Shown: in pieces, positions 23,501 through 35,547 of the stretch | How positions within the stretch are numbered: position 1 is the stretch's first letter | How the letters are laid out: every line of letters begins with the position of its first letter | NCBI GenBank assembly: GCA_973895155.1 | Contig: OZ316898.1 | Coordinates: 16,351,420 to 16,415,419, forward strand | From: Marsupella aquatica | Lineage: Eukaryota > Plantae > Marchantiophyta | Length of the DNA stretch: 64,000 nt | Direction: 5' to 3' | The notes under the pieces: generated by a model | What the model was told of the DNA's origin: nothing | The model's input: only the letters and a program-made list of their open reading frames with translations | The model's database searches: none | Position numbers and translations under genes: made by a program

Positions 23501-25203
23501 GTCGAAGAGTCGATGATGGCCAGGAAATACTTAAACGGTCCACTTGGTGGGTGGATCGGGCCGCATACATCTGCGTTCAGGTGTTCCAGGAAGTTCGGGA
23601 TGGCATAGATTGTCTTCTGTATTTGTGGGCGTGTAATCAGCTTCCCCTGAGAGCACGCCAGGCATTGCCTTTGTTTTGTTGATGGGTTGACTCCTTGGGG
23701 GATTCCACGGGAGTCATGAATAATTCTGCGGTACATATTTACTCCGGGGTGTCCCAGTCGACAGTGCCATAAGTATGTGATATCAGGTAAGTCTGCAGTG
23801 ACATAGTGAGCTTGAATTTGAGTTGCGTAGAGGCCTGGTGGTATAAGGGGTAAGGTTTCTTTAATATGTATACCTTGTTCGGTAACCTCCACGATTTGGA
23901 GGGTATCTTCCTCGTCTGTTTTCACTGTGCGCAGTTGATATTTATTTGCGACTATGTCTCGGAAGCTGATGAGGTTCCTTGTAGCTCGCGGGGCGAATAT
24001 CGCTGCTTCGATGGCGAGTGCAGTGCCTCCTGGGAATATTACCGTGGCTGTGCCTTTACCCTCCTCAATCTGGTTTGTGCCTGAAATGGTGGTCATATGC
24101 CGGGCTGATGGGGTAATTGAGTGGAAATATTTCTTGTCCTTTAGTATTGTATGAGACGTACCGCTGTCAATTATGCCCAGATTGGGGTCTTGTAGTGTGT
24201 AGGGTCCTCTTGCTGGAGTTACTATGTGGGTCTCCACTTCATGAGGTTGTTCGGGGTCTTTGTAGGTGGCTATTGCTTCTTCTAGCTCCATGTAGTTCCC
24301 TGCTGGGTTTTGTTTGAGTCTAGCTCTTGATTCTGTATGTTTCCTGGCTGTTTGGTCCGATGCCCAACAATTTTTCTTCAGGTGTCCTATTTTTCCGCAT
24401 CGGTAGCACATCCTGTCATCTTTGGTGTTGTCCGATGCATTATCACTCATCCTGCCTCTGCCGCCTACTCCCCTGCCTCTTGTGTTGTATGATTGTCGAT
24501 ATCCTCGACCTCTGTAGGATTGGTTTCTACCTCTGCCTTGGTATCCGCCTCTGCCTCTTGGTCGGCCTCGTCCCATGTTATCTCGCTGATAGTAATTTAT
24601 CTCTGGTTTGTGTGGTGGTGGTTCTGTTCCCGCAGGTCTTTTTCGGGCGTTTTGCATGGCGACCACCTGTTGCTTCTCTTCTACAAGTAAATGTGCGATA
24701 AGATCTGAATATGTGGTGAATTGCATATTTCGGTACTGTGTACCGAGTGCAATGTTTGATTCGGGGAATGTACTCAGTGTCTTATCGATCTTATCTGCAT
24801 CTGGGACTGGATGGCCGTAGAGTTCTAGTTGAGAGGTAATTTTAAATAGAGCGCTGTCGTAGTTAGCAATGGAAGTATGATCCATCACTCGTAGGTTGTA
24901 CCAATCGCGGCGAGCCTCAGGAAGCCATATTTCGCGCATATGGTCGAATCGGGCCTTTAACTTGTCCCACAGGAGTCGTGGATTGACTTCGTTCATGTAT
25001 TGGGATTTTAGTGAGGGAACCAAGTGCTGGCGCAAAAGGAACACGGCCTTGGCCTTCTGTTGTAGAGTCAGATTTTGGTCTGTGATTAATGTATCTTCAA
25101 GCTCCAACGATGCGAAGTATGTTTCCGCATCTACGGCCCATGTCAAGTAGTTGCTGCCGTCTACTAGTAGGGCTGGGAAATGTAACTTCTCCAATGTTGC
25201 CAT
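20590..25203 (-). CDS. Copia Gag-Pol polyprotein (Gag, CCHC, protease, integrase, RT, RNase H), 1537 aa
   Basis: CYRCGKIGHLKKNC; IIDSGTSHT; WHCRLGHP..C..C; D..DGAGEF..NGMAE; YVDD; YADAG/RTKHID, in copia domain order. Confidence 0.97.
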   Translation of the reverse strand: MATLEKLHFPALLVDGSNYLTWAVDAETYFASLELEDTLITDQNLTLQQKAKAVFLLRQHLVPSLKSQYMNEVNPRLLWDKLKARFDHMREIWLPEARRDWYNLRVMDHTSIANYDSALFKITSQLELYGHPVPDADKIDKTLSTFPESNIALGTQYRNMQFTTYSDLIAHLLVEEKQQVVAMQNARKRPAGTEPPPHKPEINYYQRDNMGRGRPRGRGGYQGRGRNQSYRGRGYRQSYNTRGRGVGGRGRMSDNASDNTKDDRMCYRCGKIGHLKKNCWASDQTARKHTESRARLKQNPAGNYMELEEAIATYKDPEQPHEVETHIVTPARGPYTLQDPNLGIIDSGTSHTILKDKKYFHSITPSARHMTTISGTNQIEEGKGTATVIFPGGTALAIEAAIFAPRATRNLISFRDIVANKYQLRTVKTDEEDTLQIVEVTEQGIHIKETLPLIPPGLYATQIQAHYVTADLPDITYLWHCRLGHPGVNMYRRIIHDSRGIPQGVNPSTKQRQCLACSQGKLITRPQIQKTIYAIPNFLEHLNADVCGPIHPPSGPFKYFLAIIDSSTKWLQVSLLSTRNLVFARILANILKLKAQFPEHPIRKLRVDGAGEFTSKAFDEFCWAAGIDTEYSVPYVHFQNGMAESVIKRIQMITRPLLMNSKLPLSTWGHAVLHAATLLQYRPSAFNTKTPHHLAFGLPPDLSHLRVFGCKVMVPILGPKRTKIGPQRQEGIYIGNDSSSIIRYLEPTTADVFKARHTDCHFYEDTFPTLSIDKQMTGDLHPHQINWNSRNLLNQDPRTKQTDAEVRRLLHLHEMLDKIPDAFNDAANVTKSHNEATNVPARVQMNTPPATVAAPKAKRGRPPGSHDTRPRQRRPHQVIPETTFHFINNEFETPDISGNEEMSIQYKHTGQIYTRQNTTVDEQFAYHIAQEITNDTSDPLTIKEAQTRSDWPHWKEAIDTEMDALIRRQVFGPVKQFDPNNDYTDSRFTFIKKRNAKGDVIRYRARLVAKGYTQIPGRDYDLTYSPVMDVTTFRYLIAFSRKHQLCNILMDVVTAYLYGVLDSEIHMKAPKELLERVAEHIQGKQYPNLSKDMKSGIDQIIPNDDCKGLVLSSGNTQKAPLQYPGKQRTGQQAFAVQVLKSINGLKQSGRIWYQKFKTEIQALGFITEDIAPCIFIKRVDTEFVVLALYVDDINLFGTQRLLRQTINTMKGIFEMKELGEPTYCLGLQFDHLQTGTFISQSTYTNKILQQFNMQKAYPVSTPMELRSLDTAKDMFKQRQDNEPILDSDKPYLSAIGALLYLANNTRPDISFAVSLLARHSAHPTIRHWNGIKRVFRYLQGTIDMGLFFPNESEDELTGYADAGYLSDPQDSKSQTGYVFLQGKTAISWRSTKQSLTTTSSNHAEVIALYEACREAIWLRSIITHILKQTGKTLLTNPTTIYEDNRACVDQIVTGYMKTDRTKHIDPKFFFTHEHSGKQIQVKWISSQDNCADLFTKPLPATTHRKHVSAIGMHRLSSLTSSTNDNSRHEHTANATSK

Positions 25204-25737
25204 GTCTATTTCGCCTGATTTTGGGCCTTATAAATATATGGTGTTCCTTTGTATCAAATGCCTATGACTTTCGCCTTGTCCCGCCCGATCGATCGGCTGT
25301 TGTGATGGATCAAGTTAACCAAAAGAAAGAGAAACGATAGCGATCCTTTCGCTCAAGGCACGGGACTCATCTGCCCCTTGAATCGCATCCAAATTGTCCC
25401 CGATGGAGTTCGTTCGTATGTCCTTGTGTGCGGTCCTCAAAGTTTTCAGTTTTCGCCAATGTCTTTTATTTTGTTTTTCGCGTCTCGTCGCGTTGTCTCC
25501 TTCGTTCAAGGTTGAGAATCTTCGCTCGTGATTAGGCTCGACGCTCTATGGCCAGTTCTTTGTTCTTCGATCATAAGCTTGTTTTTTCTCTATTCTCGGG
25601 AGGTAGTTAGGCGGTTATTCTCGCCATTAGAGCAAAAAACACACAACATTGTGTTGTTTTCTTTGTGTGGACCTCGATCTATTGAGTTGTCAGATTTTGG
25701 GGAGGGAGCACATGTAAAAAAAAATGTAATTGAGCAA

Positions 25738-25752
25738 GTCGCGCTGATAACG
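25738..25752 (-). other. Primer-binding site CGTTATCAGCGCGAC (half-tRNA-Ile type)
   Basis: Immediately internal to the 5' LTR, with no TGG. Complementary to the anticodon arm of plant tRNA-Ile(AAU) as I recall it. Confidence 0.7.
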
Positions 25753-25899
25753 TGTTATGAATACACAAGATGATAGTAGTCAATAATCCCCACTCACTTC
25801 CATTATGCCAAGGACTTATATAGTCCAGAAGGGTTAACATGGTTGGGTTAATGTTAACCTATCCTATACTAGGGTTAAGTCATATTATGGGTTATAACA
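25753..25899 (-). repeat. 5' LTR of copia element
   Basis: TGTTATG...ATAACA on the plus strand, identical to the other LTR. Confidence 0.95.
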
Positions 25900-26031
25900 A
25901 AAGTCTATTTTTTTTCTATACTAAGTTTTATAATGCCTTAAACATGAAACCGGATCAAAACTTGGATCAGAAACCAGTTCAAATCCTGGATGGAATAACT
26001 CTACACTGATCAAGACTTGAAGTGTCAGGTT

Positions 26032-27658
26032 TCACCAGTGTGGGTTTACTGTTGGGTCAATGGAGTTGAAAGGGTTTGGCATGAAAATGGCACCTCCAGA
26101 GGTAGTAGTAAATGGTGAGGTTGGAATGAAAGGGAAGTTGGGTGTGATTGTAGTAGAGGTGATGTCAAGATCAGGAGAGTCAGCCCATCCTTCCGCTGGT
26201 GTCACTCGGGGAGATGGTAGTGCGACCTTCTCTTCAAATTGGGTTTGCTCCTCATCAGAAAGGTCCCAATATTTCTTCAGATCAGAAAGAATAAGCTTTA
26301 GGGCAAAGAGGCTCTCATCCACCTTGTCATCATAATCATGTGGAATCTGAATGACCAAGGGCATGAGAAGAGGGTTGGGTACATCAATGAAGTACTTCCT
26401 GAATAGTTGGGTCTGTACTAGGTTCTCTCCTTTTCTCTCCACTAGAGTTTCCAGGTGGTCCATAGCTCTGGAAATGTTGTCAAAAAGTAGTTGTTCGCTT
26501 GTGGTTTTCTCCTTTGCCTTCTGTACCAACTTTTCAAGCTGGTAGTTCTTCTTTCTCTCTTCCTCGAATGATTTCTCCAGTTGCTCAATCTTCAATGGCT
26601 TTATTTTCATTCCCTTTCATCAGGTCTTCCACCTTCCCTAGAAGGTCTGCAAGAGCTACACCAATCACCAGGGATAGTTTTGGGAGCATTGGTTCCATGA
26701 TCCCCATCTTGGTCTTGATGGCCAAAAGATCCTTGAATAAACAAGAGAAATGGTGTAAGGTGGAGTGGGAAAGACTGGTTGAAGAAGTAGTAGCGCCACT
26801 CATTGGGTAGGAAGCCGGGTCAGAAACCAGTTCAGATTTGTCAAGCTTTCTCTTCCTGGTTGGTCCTACAAAATCAACCTCTTTTGGCTCTGCGTCATCC
26901 TCAGACTCTGGTAAGTTTTGAACGTCTGGATCCAAGACTCCATATTTCACATAGCTACTCTTGGTGCCAAGTGCACTCTTCTCATGTTTGAACAAGGCTT
27001 GGTCATGAGAATAGAGATGTACTAAGTAACAAGAGAGAGGAGTGGGGGCTCTGTTTGATAGGGCTGAAACCTGCTTCTCCAGAATACTTGAGAAGATAGT
27101 GGCCCATGATACCTCTCTGGTTTTAAAGAAAGAAGCAATGATAGTGTTTCCTACTTTAAGAATCACTCTCCTTGGTTTCTCTAGATAGATGAGGGGACTA
27201 GGAAGGCCATCACATTTTTGAGATCCTGTGGGTGCACTGGTTCGTCCATCCTTCTTTGGCATCCATTTTGCCACCAAAGTATTCCACTGTCAAATTCTCC
27301 CCTTTGGGACAGAAACCATTCCCCTTTATTGGAAACTGTAGAGCTCTCCAATGAATGCCTTAGTCTTGGCTTCTGGTCGAGCTCGGACAATCTTTTGGAA
27401 TTCTGACGGGGGAACTCTTGTTATCACTTCTCTCACCATGTCTTCACTCAGAAAACCCCAAGTAAGGTCCATCAAGAAAGCACATCCCATCAATGTGAGA
27501 TCCTTCCTGAGTTGTTCCTTCTCAGCTAGATCAGTAGGAATGAGAGGTCTCAAGGGTTTCATGGTGATTTGGGTCTCCTTTCTTTTTGAACGTTGCACTG
27601 CAGGCTTCACTGGAGTCCCACTCTGAGTCTTGGAAGAAGGGCTAATTTTAGCACTCAT
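26032..27658 (-). pseudogene. Frameshifted TE-associated accessory ORF (globular domain plus coiled coil)
   Basis: ORFs 27326-27658, 26585-27277 and 26032-26610 are collinear. The GCAFLMDLTW..MVREV and PLIY.EKP.RV..NTI..VSW..PTPLSCYLVHLY motifs resemble uncharacterised TE proteins of non-seed plants (recall, not searched). Confidence 0.55.
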
Positions 27659-30008
27659 ATTGCTCGGTAGTCAATAATAGTAAACAGGTTTGAACCGATG
27701 AGGGAGGAAAGTAGGAGCTAGAAATGCAGAAAGCCTCTATATGTAATTAATCCCTTGGGTATATCGGCCAACCTTCTCCTCCTCAGCAAACTCTTAGCAA
27801 AAACAAAATCTCCCGGGCGAGATATAGCAAAAACCAGTTCGCCAGCGGTTCAGATTCCAGTTCAAGAACCGTCTCAGAACCCAAATAAAACAACCATCAA
27901 AATAGAGGGTCTCAATGCCAGTCTTCACATTAGGACAAGCCGTAATCTGGCAAAAGGACTAGAGGAGGCCAACGCTCGGTCGAAAGGGATACAGCCAAGG
28001 TGGACGCCTTGAAAGTGGAAGTGGCACGGCTTCTACAAGAAGCCGCTAAACAGGACCAACTGGTGGCGTAGTTGATGAGCGACGACCAGTAGTTGCAAGA
28101 GGTGTGCCAGGAGGACGCGGAGGAGACAAACGCGGTGAAATGAGAGAATGAGTCTCTCATGGACCAAGTCCAATTCCTCAAGCAGATCGCCAATTGGCTG
28201 AGGAGGCAACAGGATGGCAACTCCAAGTCCCACTCGGGCGGGTCTGGCAAACGTTGTGCGGACCCCAATCTTTTTGTCATTTTAGTAAAGCACAATTATT
28301 ACCCTAATACAGTTGGGATAGCCATGATGGGTACTTAAGGTACCGCCGCCAGTCGTAACAAGAGGAAGTTGGAACAACTTAAGAAGGTGAGCATGAATTC
28401 ATGGAGAATATTCACAAGATAGAAGATAGCATCCCGGAGTGCTATCGAAGTTGATGAAGCTATGGGTGTAGAAACCCTTTGTATTATTTTAGCTGCAGTA
28501 GAAATTAACAAGAGGGCCATTTGCGCGGATGATTGTGAATGGATATGGTATGACATCCCGATCCGGATCAGGTTTATGCTGCCATTCTTTGAGTGATCAG
28601 GAGCTATAGGGTTCACCCAACCCAAAGACTTATACTTTAGATTAGGAGGGAGGGCCAACAACAGAGTCACGCAAATCTTGCTATCCGAACTGGAGAGAGA
28701 GCACGCTGGCCACCCTCATTACGTAGTGCTAATGGCGGATGCAAACACCACGCATCCCGACTACCCGACATGGAAACTTCATTGGTTCTATAGTTTAGCA
28801 TTACATAGGAAAGTCTTTGATTTAGTGGAGGTAGTTTTGAAGTCCTGGGCGGCAAGGGAGATCCAAACCAACTGTTGGAAGTCTACCCTTCCTCGTCTAG
28901 TTACCTTTCTCCAAACGACAAGATGGCACAATACAAAGCGCAATGGGAGGCGTGTGATCTTCAATCCCTACTTCACCTCCCACCTTATAGTATCCAATGA
29001 GTGGATGAGCTTTGTAGATCTTCCCATCTTACCCCAATTCAGTCAGATTGCCATGACTCATTTTTATTCGCTAGGTAGGGATTCGGCCGCAATGGCCTGT
29101 GCGGGGGATACTATCCAAACTGACAAGTTTCCCTTCGATCCGCTGATTTACATGTGGGTATTTGGGAGAAGACATCCTTTTGGGAAAGGGTAACCCCTAC
29201 GGAGAATGTAATTAGATGGTTTTGCAAGTGTACATAATTATAGATTAGGCAATTACTTTGGACTTGCAACCTTTTGGACTCTGTTGTCAGGATGGATAAT
29301 AGATGAAAGGAAGTGAAGGCCTTATTTTTGAGTTGGAAATATTTGGTGAAGGGATTCAGTTTGGGTGTGAGTTTTGTTTTTTTGGAGAAAGTTCAAAAAG
29401 ACAAAAGAGGAATAAAACAAGTGAAAGTTGAAGCTTAGGCTTAAGGAAATAGAGACAATTATTGTGGTTGAGACACGTGGCATCTTGTGAACACATTTCA
29501 TAAGGATCAGATTCAAAGTGAGACGCAAAGAGGAGGATCGGGAGGAAAATAACTGCCGATCGGAGAAGGAAGTTAGAGAGGGAGTTCGCAAAAGAAGGGC
29601 AACGGAAGAATGAGGCGCTGTGCGGAGCTTGGGGAAAAGGGGGAGATTCAGCCAAAGGGAAATGTTTTTGTAGTGTGGAGGTCTGGGAATTTTTTGAGTG
29701 GCGGAGGCGTCGGTGATCATTATTCATCTGGTCACGACAGCTATGGAAGTATTGTTGAGGTCTTGGGAAAGGGAGGCATGCGATAAAAATTGGAACAAGG
29801 AGAGTGATGCAGCCGATAGTGATTGTGATATAGAAGCTTCTCGGATGATTGAGGTCAAATTCTAAGTCAAATTCTAAGCTCCACGACGACCCAATGAGTC
29901 AAGGGAGCTGTGGCAAAAAAGCCAAATACAAAGCAAAGAAATGAGTCAAATGCTCATGTGAGGATCTCTACATCCTCACTAATAACAAACTAAAGACCTT
30001 AAGAGTCA

Positions 30009-30889
30009 CTAATGTGTAATGCTATCACATCGTTTCCTATCCACTGCCATGATATACAATCCAAGTTGCTTTGGTGGCAACCTAAATAGATCATGCAGAT
30101 CAGAAACAAGGATTTGATGTGCTATTCGAATCTCCTCATACCGTCTACATGCTATGAATACATGATATTCATTCTCAATGCTGCCACTATCACAGAGTCT
30201 ACACACCCTATCCTGCTCCTAATTCCCTTCCATCTACCCTCCTCTACCTCCAAGTGATGTGAGCTGAGTCTATATCTAGCAATCACTTGTCTCAACCTCA
30301 TAGAAATGGGAGCTCTAAGATACTCTTGTTCTTCATACAACATCATGGGGTTTACATCCCTCATAAAATACTGTAATCTAGGGCTAGGATCACTCCAAAG
30401 TTTTCTAATAGCTTTATCACGCAAGAGTGACCAAAGCTTCTTTGGTTGAGTATGTCATTCATGCTCAGATAAGTCCCATGATTGGGCCCAGCTACATACA
30501 TCAGCATACCAACCAAAAGCTCTATATATGTGAAAGGCTTGCGTAGGTAGCCTAGAATCATTCAACGCCTCCACTCTCCTAGCATATTGAAGAGTGTGAT
30601 AGAGAGCTTCAACCTCCAATGGTAGAAGACCTACCTCAGCCAATAACAAGGGGTATGGGGTTTGGGTTTTCACTCCAAGCTCCATCTCCAAGAAAAGCTT
30701 TTGGATGGCCTCTACCTTTTTCCAACAAGATTGAAAAGTAGAAGGGCCCCATACTTGCACCCCATAAAGAATAACAGGCCTTACCAAGGAATTGAAGAGT
30801 TGTTTCTTCAACTTCCAAGCGGAAAGGCTTGCTCCCTTGCACTTCTGAACCATGCTGTAGAAGGCCTTGTAACCATGAGCCACCCTATG
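30009..30889 (-). pseudogene. LINE ORF2 C-terminal part
   Basis: Continues ..ATCVTHR/VAHGYKAF..; RLSSHHLEVEEGRW..CRLC..ENEYH..C; one stop and one frameshift. Confidence 0.9.
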
Positions 30890-31004
30890 TGTGATGCCTA
30901 GACAGGAATCACTCGGCCGGTTAAGTGGGTAAAGCAGGAAGGCACCCTAGGAACACCTTAGTATAGGGACAAAACAAGGAAAATATAAACAATTAGGGGC
31001 AACC

Positions 31005-34000
31005 ATGGAACCCGGGCAGAGGCCGGAGGTAAGGCTGAGGGTGAAAACCCGATTAGGGTTAGGGCGCGTTAAGCGTCGGCGGCTAGGAAGGATCAACGGG
31101 AAGAAGGACCGGCAGAGGAGAGGGGTAAGGAGCGCTTGCAGGAGATGGTGGCTCATTTGCGAGCACGAACTAGGCAGACGACTACGGGAGGCCAACTACT
31201 GTCAGCTGCTTAGGCAAGCACTCGGAGAGAGAATAGATACCGATGATCGACCTAAGGAGGGTATGAGCAACGTCAATCAAGCGGCACATTTCTGGGGATG
31301 CCTGTTCGAACGGGCAACTGAGTACATCAAGACTTACGAGGACGAGGAGTCAGAAAGGGCAGCTCGAGAACGGCAGGAGCTCGCTCGATTGTGGGAGCTG
31401 CAGAAGACGGCTTTCTTAGGAGGCGAACTCATCAAGGACGAGTTCCTGTGGACGCCTACTTCCAATCAACTCGACGATCTTCTGTTTTTCAAAGACAGCG
31501 TCGTCGGCATCCGAGAGGCCATCAAGAACTGCAACGACATACACTGGGAATTAAAGGGTAGCACGGAAAGGTGGACCCAGGCAACGGTGCTAGGAGAAAC
31601 CTCCACGGCAGCAGAGATGAAGAGGAAGGGGGCCGTCAACGATGAAGCCACCCCGGCAAAAAGAATGAGGTCGGCGGCACCAAAGAGGCCAGCCGAGCAG
31701 CTGAGCAGGAGGCAGGGAGAAGCCGAAGAGGAGGAGGTCGATCCCATCAAGGCCATTCCAACCAGGGATGACACCTGGAAGGGCTGGGCGGCAACCCTAC
31801 CGGTGGAGGTGCAACTACATTTTGCACGGGAGGAGGATGCATGCTTTACGGCCATGCAGACCAAGAAGTACCAAGGCTTCATGGCCGGATCCGGCTTGGA
31901 GGCCTTTGTAAGATTACCATGGCTGAAGCCGGAGGTACCGGAGTCAGACCTATTAGAATTCGTGGGGTCATGGGAACCCGAGACCAATTGCACGAGGATA
32001 TATGGGAAGGATTTCTATCTTACTCCCAAGGTAATTGCCGAAGTGTTTGGCTTGCCGATAGGCAATAAGACCAAAGTTGATACCAGGAAGACCTTGCCTG
32101 ACAAGGAGTTCCGGTCGTTCCCCGGGCCATCAACGAAGAATGGCTTCTTCCGGAACACCTGCACCAACCCGCACATAGGAGAGATGATCGACTTCTTGCG
32201 GGTGACCATGCATTGTAACTTGCCGAGGGCAGAGATCGGCAAGGCACAGGTCTATCTGGCAGAAAGGCCAGACCCAAGCCGGGACTACAACGGGTACCTC
32301 CTCAACCAATTGAAGAAGATCTTAAAGGAGGAGCAGCAGGTAATCGGCATGGGGAGCGTGTCGCGGCTTGGCTATCACATGCCGCTGTTGTGCCGGTATG
32401 CCAGAGGTCAGACTTTTGCCCCGGTACTTCCCCTGCAGGTAAGGGCACCCGAGGAAGCTCCAACGCCGAGGCCGTTGGCTGAGAAGCCTCAACCACCTGT
32501 TAGTCCTACGATCGAGCAGGTGTTTAGGCCCAGGAAGGAAGACTTGCCGATGCAGCAACCAGGCATGCAGAGTCTGCTGAAACTACTGGAGAAAGAAAAG
32601 AAATCGGCATCGGCAACAACAACGGCAACGGCAACAATGCAGGACACTACTACAGAGGTAGGCCTACACCGGCTCACAAGAGAAAACCCCTTTGCTGGAG
32701 ACAAGGAGAGAATCAGGCCGGAATCCAAGCCAGGTGTTCGAATGTACGTGGGAACCTCAAGCTCCAAATCTGAGGCAAAATTGCCTGAAGCTCCTACCGA
32801 CGAAGAGGAGAGGGAGAAGCCGGACGTCCAAGAGGTAGAGGAGGCAGTGGAGGACTGCAGCCATGATAATTCCGGCTATGGGTCGGACCATCACGTTCCA
32901 GGAGTAAGGACCTGTGGCCGGTTTGTCCCCACACTTCCAAGGGTAGTGCGAGGGGACCCCAACCAGCAGAGTAGCCCTGAGTCTCCCCCACCAGATGTTG
33001 CTCCCCCGAGCTTCGACGGCATAAAACAGACGGTGCAGGAATTTCAGGAGCGAATCAAGCAGGAGGAGGAGGCCGCCCTGGCTAAGGAAAAGGATTTACC
33101 AGGAGGAGATTGGCCGGAGGACATCAGGCGGCTAGCCGAAAAAGGAAGCAAACCTCTAGCCACGATTGAAGAGATCCGCAGGACGGCTTGGGAGCAGAGG
33201 CCACGATGGGCGATGCCGATCACTTCTACTTACTCCACCTACGCTAAGAATAGAGCCATGGAGTATGGTGAGATGTGTGGGGAACTTGCGCTCGGCCTCT
33301 TTGGAGAGGAGTTGGAGGTAGGACCCTTTTTCCATAGGGAGCAGTTGGAGAAGCACCAATTAGAAGAAGCGGTGGCTTTAGAGAGAAGCAAGAAGGACGA
33401 GGTCATTCGGCGGCTTAGGAGGATGGAAGCCGAGATTGAAGATCTAAGGGCGGCCAAGAAAGCCCAAGATGAACTGCGGATTAAACGACATGAGCTGAAC
33501 ATCATGCAGGGGCAGTTGGACACCGCGCAGGCTGATAATCAGAATATCAAGGATAAACTGACTCAGACGCAGGAAGAGTTGGCCGACACGATCAAAGAGA
33601 GGGAGAAGTGGAAGCAAGAGCTGAAGAATACAGAGGAGGCCCACATAACAGCCAACAGCCGGGCCATGGCGGAGACCCAAAGAAAGGAATGGGCGTTGAA
33701 AGGGGAGCTCGAGAAAATCCGCGGAGCCCTTGAGTAGAAGGAGGTCGAGTTAGGGAAATCCTATCAAGGGATTATGGCGCTGCAGCAGGAGCTTGCGTCC
33801 CTGACGGCCAGCTTCAAGGCCGACCTAAGGGAGAAGGACGAGATGCTCGAACAGACTTACGCCAAGATGAACCAGATGGAGTCTGTCATCATTGCAGAGC
33901 TCGACAAGGAGCTAAGAGCAACCCAGGAGGAGAGGGCTACCTTGAAGAAGGAATTGGAGGAAGCCCATAGGGAGCAGGAGGAGGCCAAAAATGAGCTGGA

Positions 34001-34604
34001 GGGGGCACGTAAGGACCTGGATGAAACCCAAGAGGAGTTGGAGGAAATCACGAGGAAGATGGAGAACCTACAGCGGCGAGCCGACAACCAAACAGAGCGG
34101 CTGAAGAAACAAGCCGCAGTATTTAAATGCTTAGCTGCAGCAGGTCCATCTCCCGTTGGGACAAACCAGTTACCAGGGGTGGTAATTGCCGAAGGACAAG
34201 CCGCGCCACCTGCACCAGTGCCGGAAGTAAGTGGGAAGGGGAAGGGACCAGCTGCCGAGCCACCAACGAAGAAGAAGCGGAAACCTTCAGGGTCAAGGAG
34301 TAATACGACTTCACAGGCCGTGGTGATCAAGGAGGTAGACCCAGCACCGACCCCAGACAGGGTCACGGCTAGGGATCCAACTACCCTAGGGGAAGGGGAG
34401 GCCGAAGCCGAGGGAGTGGCTGAGGCCGAAGCCGTGGGTATTGCCGAGGCCGGTGTCGAGGCTGAAGCCAAAGGTGGACCCAGTCAGGCCGATGGAGAGT
34501 TGACTCAATCAAGGGCAGGTAATCTGTCAGAGAATGAACCTACGGCAGTGGCTGAGGAGGAAGCGTTGGGGGCGTCCATTAAGGATCCACCACCGGTGTC
34601 GTGA
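31005..34604 (+). CDS. LTR-encoded 1199-codon ORF (PMD-like domain plus coiled coil), 5' copy, premature TAG at 33735-33737
   Basis: ORFs 31005-33737 and 33774-34604 are in one frame. The 3' LTR has CAG at the stop position. CAACCATGG start context. Confidence 0.85.
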
Positions 34605-35290
34605 CGGTGCAAGGGCGCCGTTCCTTTTAGGGAGGGCGGACGTGGAGGGAGGAGGCGTGAGTGGGCAGGGCGGGCGCGGATCTCCACGTTTAGGATTAGG
34701 ATCAGAACCAGGAGCGGCCCTGACACTTAGCTTAGTGGGATTGCGGTCCCACTGGTAGGAGCAACACTTGTGCTCCTGCCTTGCTGTACATAGGTAGATT
34801 CGGGCAAGTAGATTACTGTTAAGTAGATTAGGCTTACGATGCAAAGAATGGCGGATCCACTACCAGGATAAGTACCTGGGCAGCGGGGAGCTCAAGGCCT
34901 CTTCTTTAGCAAGTTTTTAGTTTGCACCAGCCGGGCTGGGATCAAGTAGTACGAGAAGCTCTCGGTTAGTCATACAGTGACCCTTGTGTATATTCATGTT
35001 TCCTCATGCCTAAGAGCTGAATAGAGTTGGCCTCACGGCTTAGTTCGCAGAACTTGTGTATGAGATGTACTGTTTGTATGGCAAGTGCATGGTATGACTC
35101 AGTCAGAATGAGTCATTTTGCTATTTGTGTGTCGCATTAACTTGTGTGAAGAGTGCCCACATCAACAGAAGGAAGGAAAGTAAGCAGGGGAGTGAGAGTT
35201 GGATGTGTCGAGCTGAGAGAGGTCTTAGCGGCTTAACCAAGCCTATTGGGGATCATTCCGGCGGCGGAATCCAAACATACCTAACAAGAC

Positions 35291-35335
35291 GGAGGGGAAG
35301 ACAGGGGAAGACAGGGGAAGGCCTATATTAGGCCG
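35291..35335 (+). promoter_or_regulatory. Candidate LTR promoter: three AGGGGAAG repeats followed by a TATA-like TATATTA
   Basis: TATATTA at 35324-35330, about 200 bp before the LTR end. Function is inferred from position only. Confidence 0.45.
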
Positions 35336-35529
35336 GCTACGTATCTCATGACCCGATGAAGGATCTGTCCAGTATATGTGTGTAAAATGTTAATAGTAGT
35401 AGTAGAAGGTTAGCAACGTCCCATGCCGCTAAGCCGCGGAAACGGCCTCGCCAAGCACGAAACCTGCGGGAATCGGCTTGAGCTGGGGGGTTTCTTGGGT
35501 TTAGGGAGCCATGGGACGCACCACATTTT

Positions 35530-35547
35530 TGGCGCTAGATGGAGGGG
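35530..35547 (+). other. Primer-binding site, tRNA-Asn type
   Basis: TGGCGCTAGATGGAGGGG, 4 nt after the LTR. One mismatch to the complement of the plant tRNA-Asn(GUU) 3' end as recalled. Confidence 0.75.

Larger units (their letters stand above)
20104..25899 (-). mobile_element. Intact Ty1/copia LTR retrotransposon, Bianca-like lineage
   Basis: Identical 147-bp TG..CA LTRs; 5-bp TSD AAAGT (20099-20103, 25900-25904); PBS 25738-25752; PPT 20251-20259; single 1537-aa ORF. Confidence 0.97.
30890..35525 (+). repeat. 5' LTR (4636 bp)
   Basis: TGTGATGCC...GCACCACA, followed by the PBS. Confidence 0.96.

Noticed and set aside
21014-25150. Numerous short plus-strand ORFs
   Set aside because: Antisense shadows of the copia polyprotein; the same applies to shadow ORFs in the gypsy element, the LINEs and CPK.
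27755-29850. Short ORFs including 28678-29193
   Set aside because: Probably decayed TE sequence; no recognisable motif or termini.
31005-34604. LTR ORF as an env gene
   Set aside because: No signal peptide or transmembrane segment; the protein is highly charged with an NLS-like motif.
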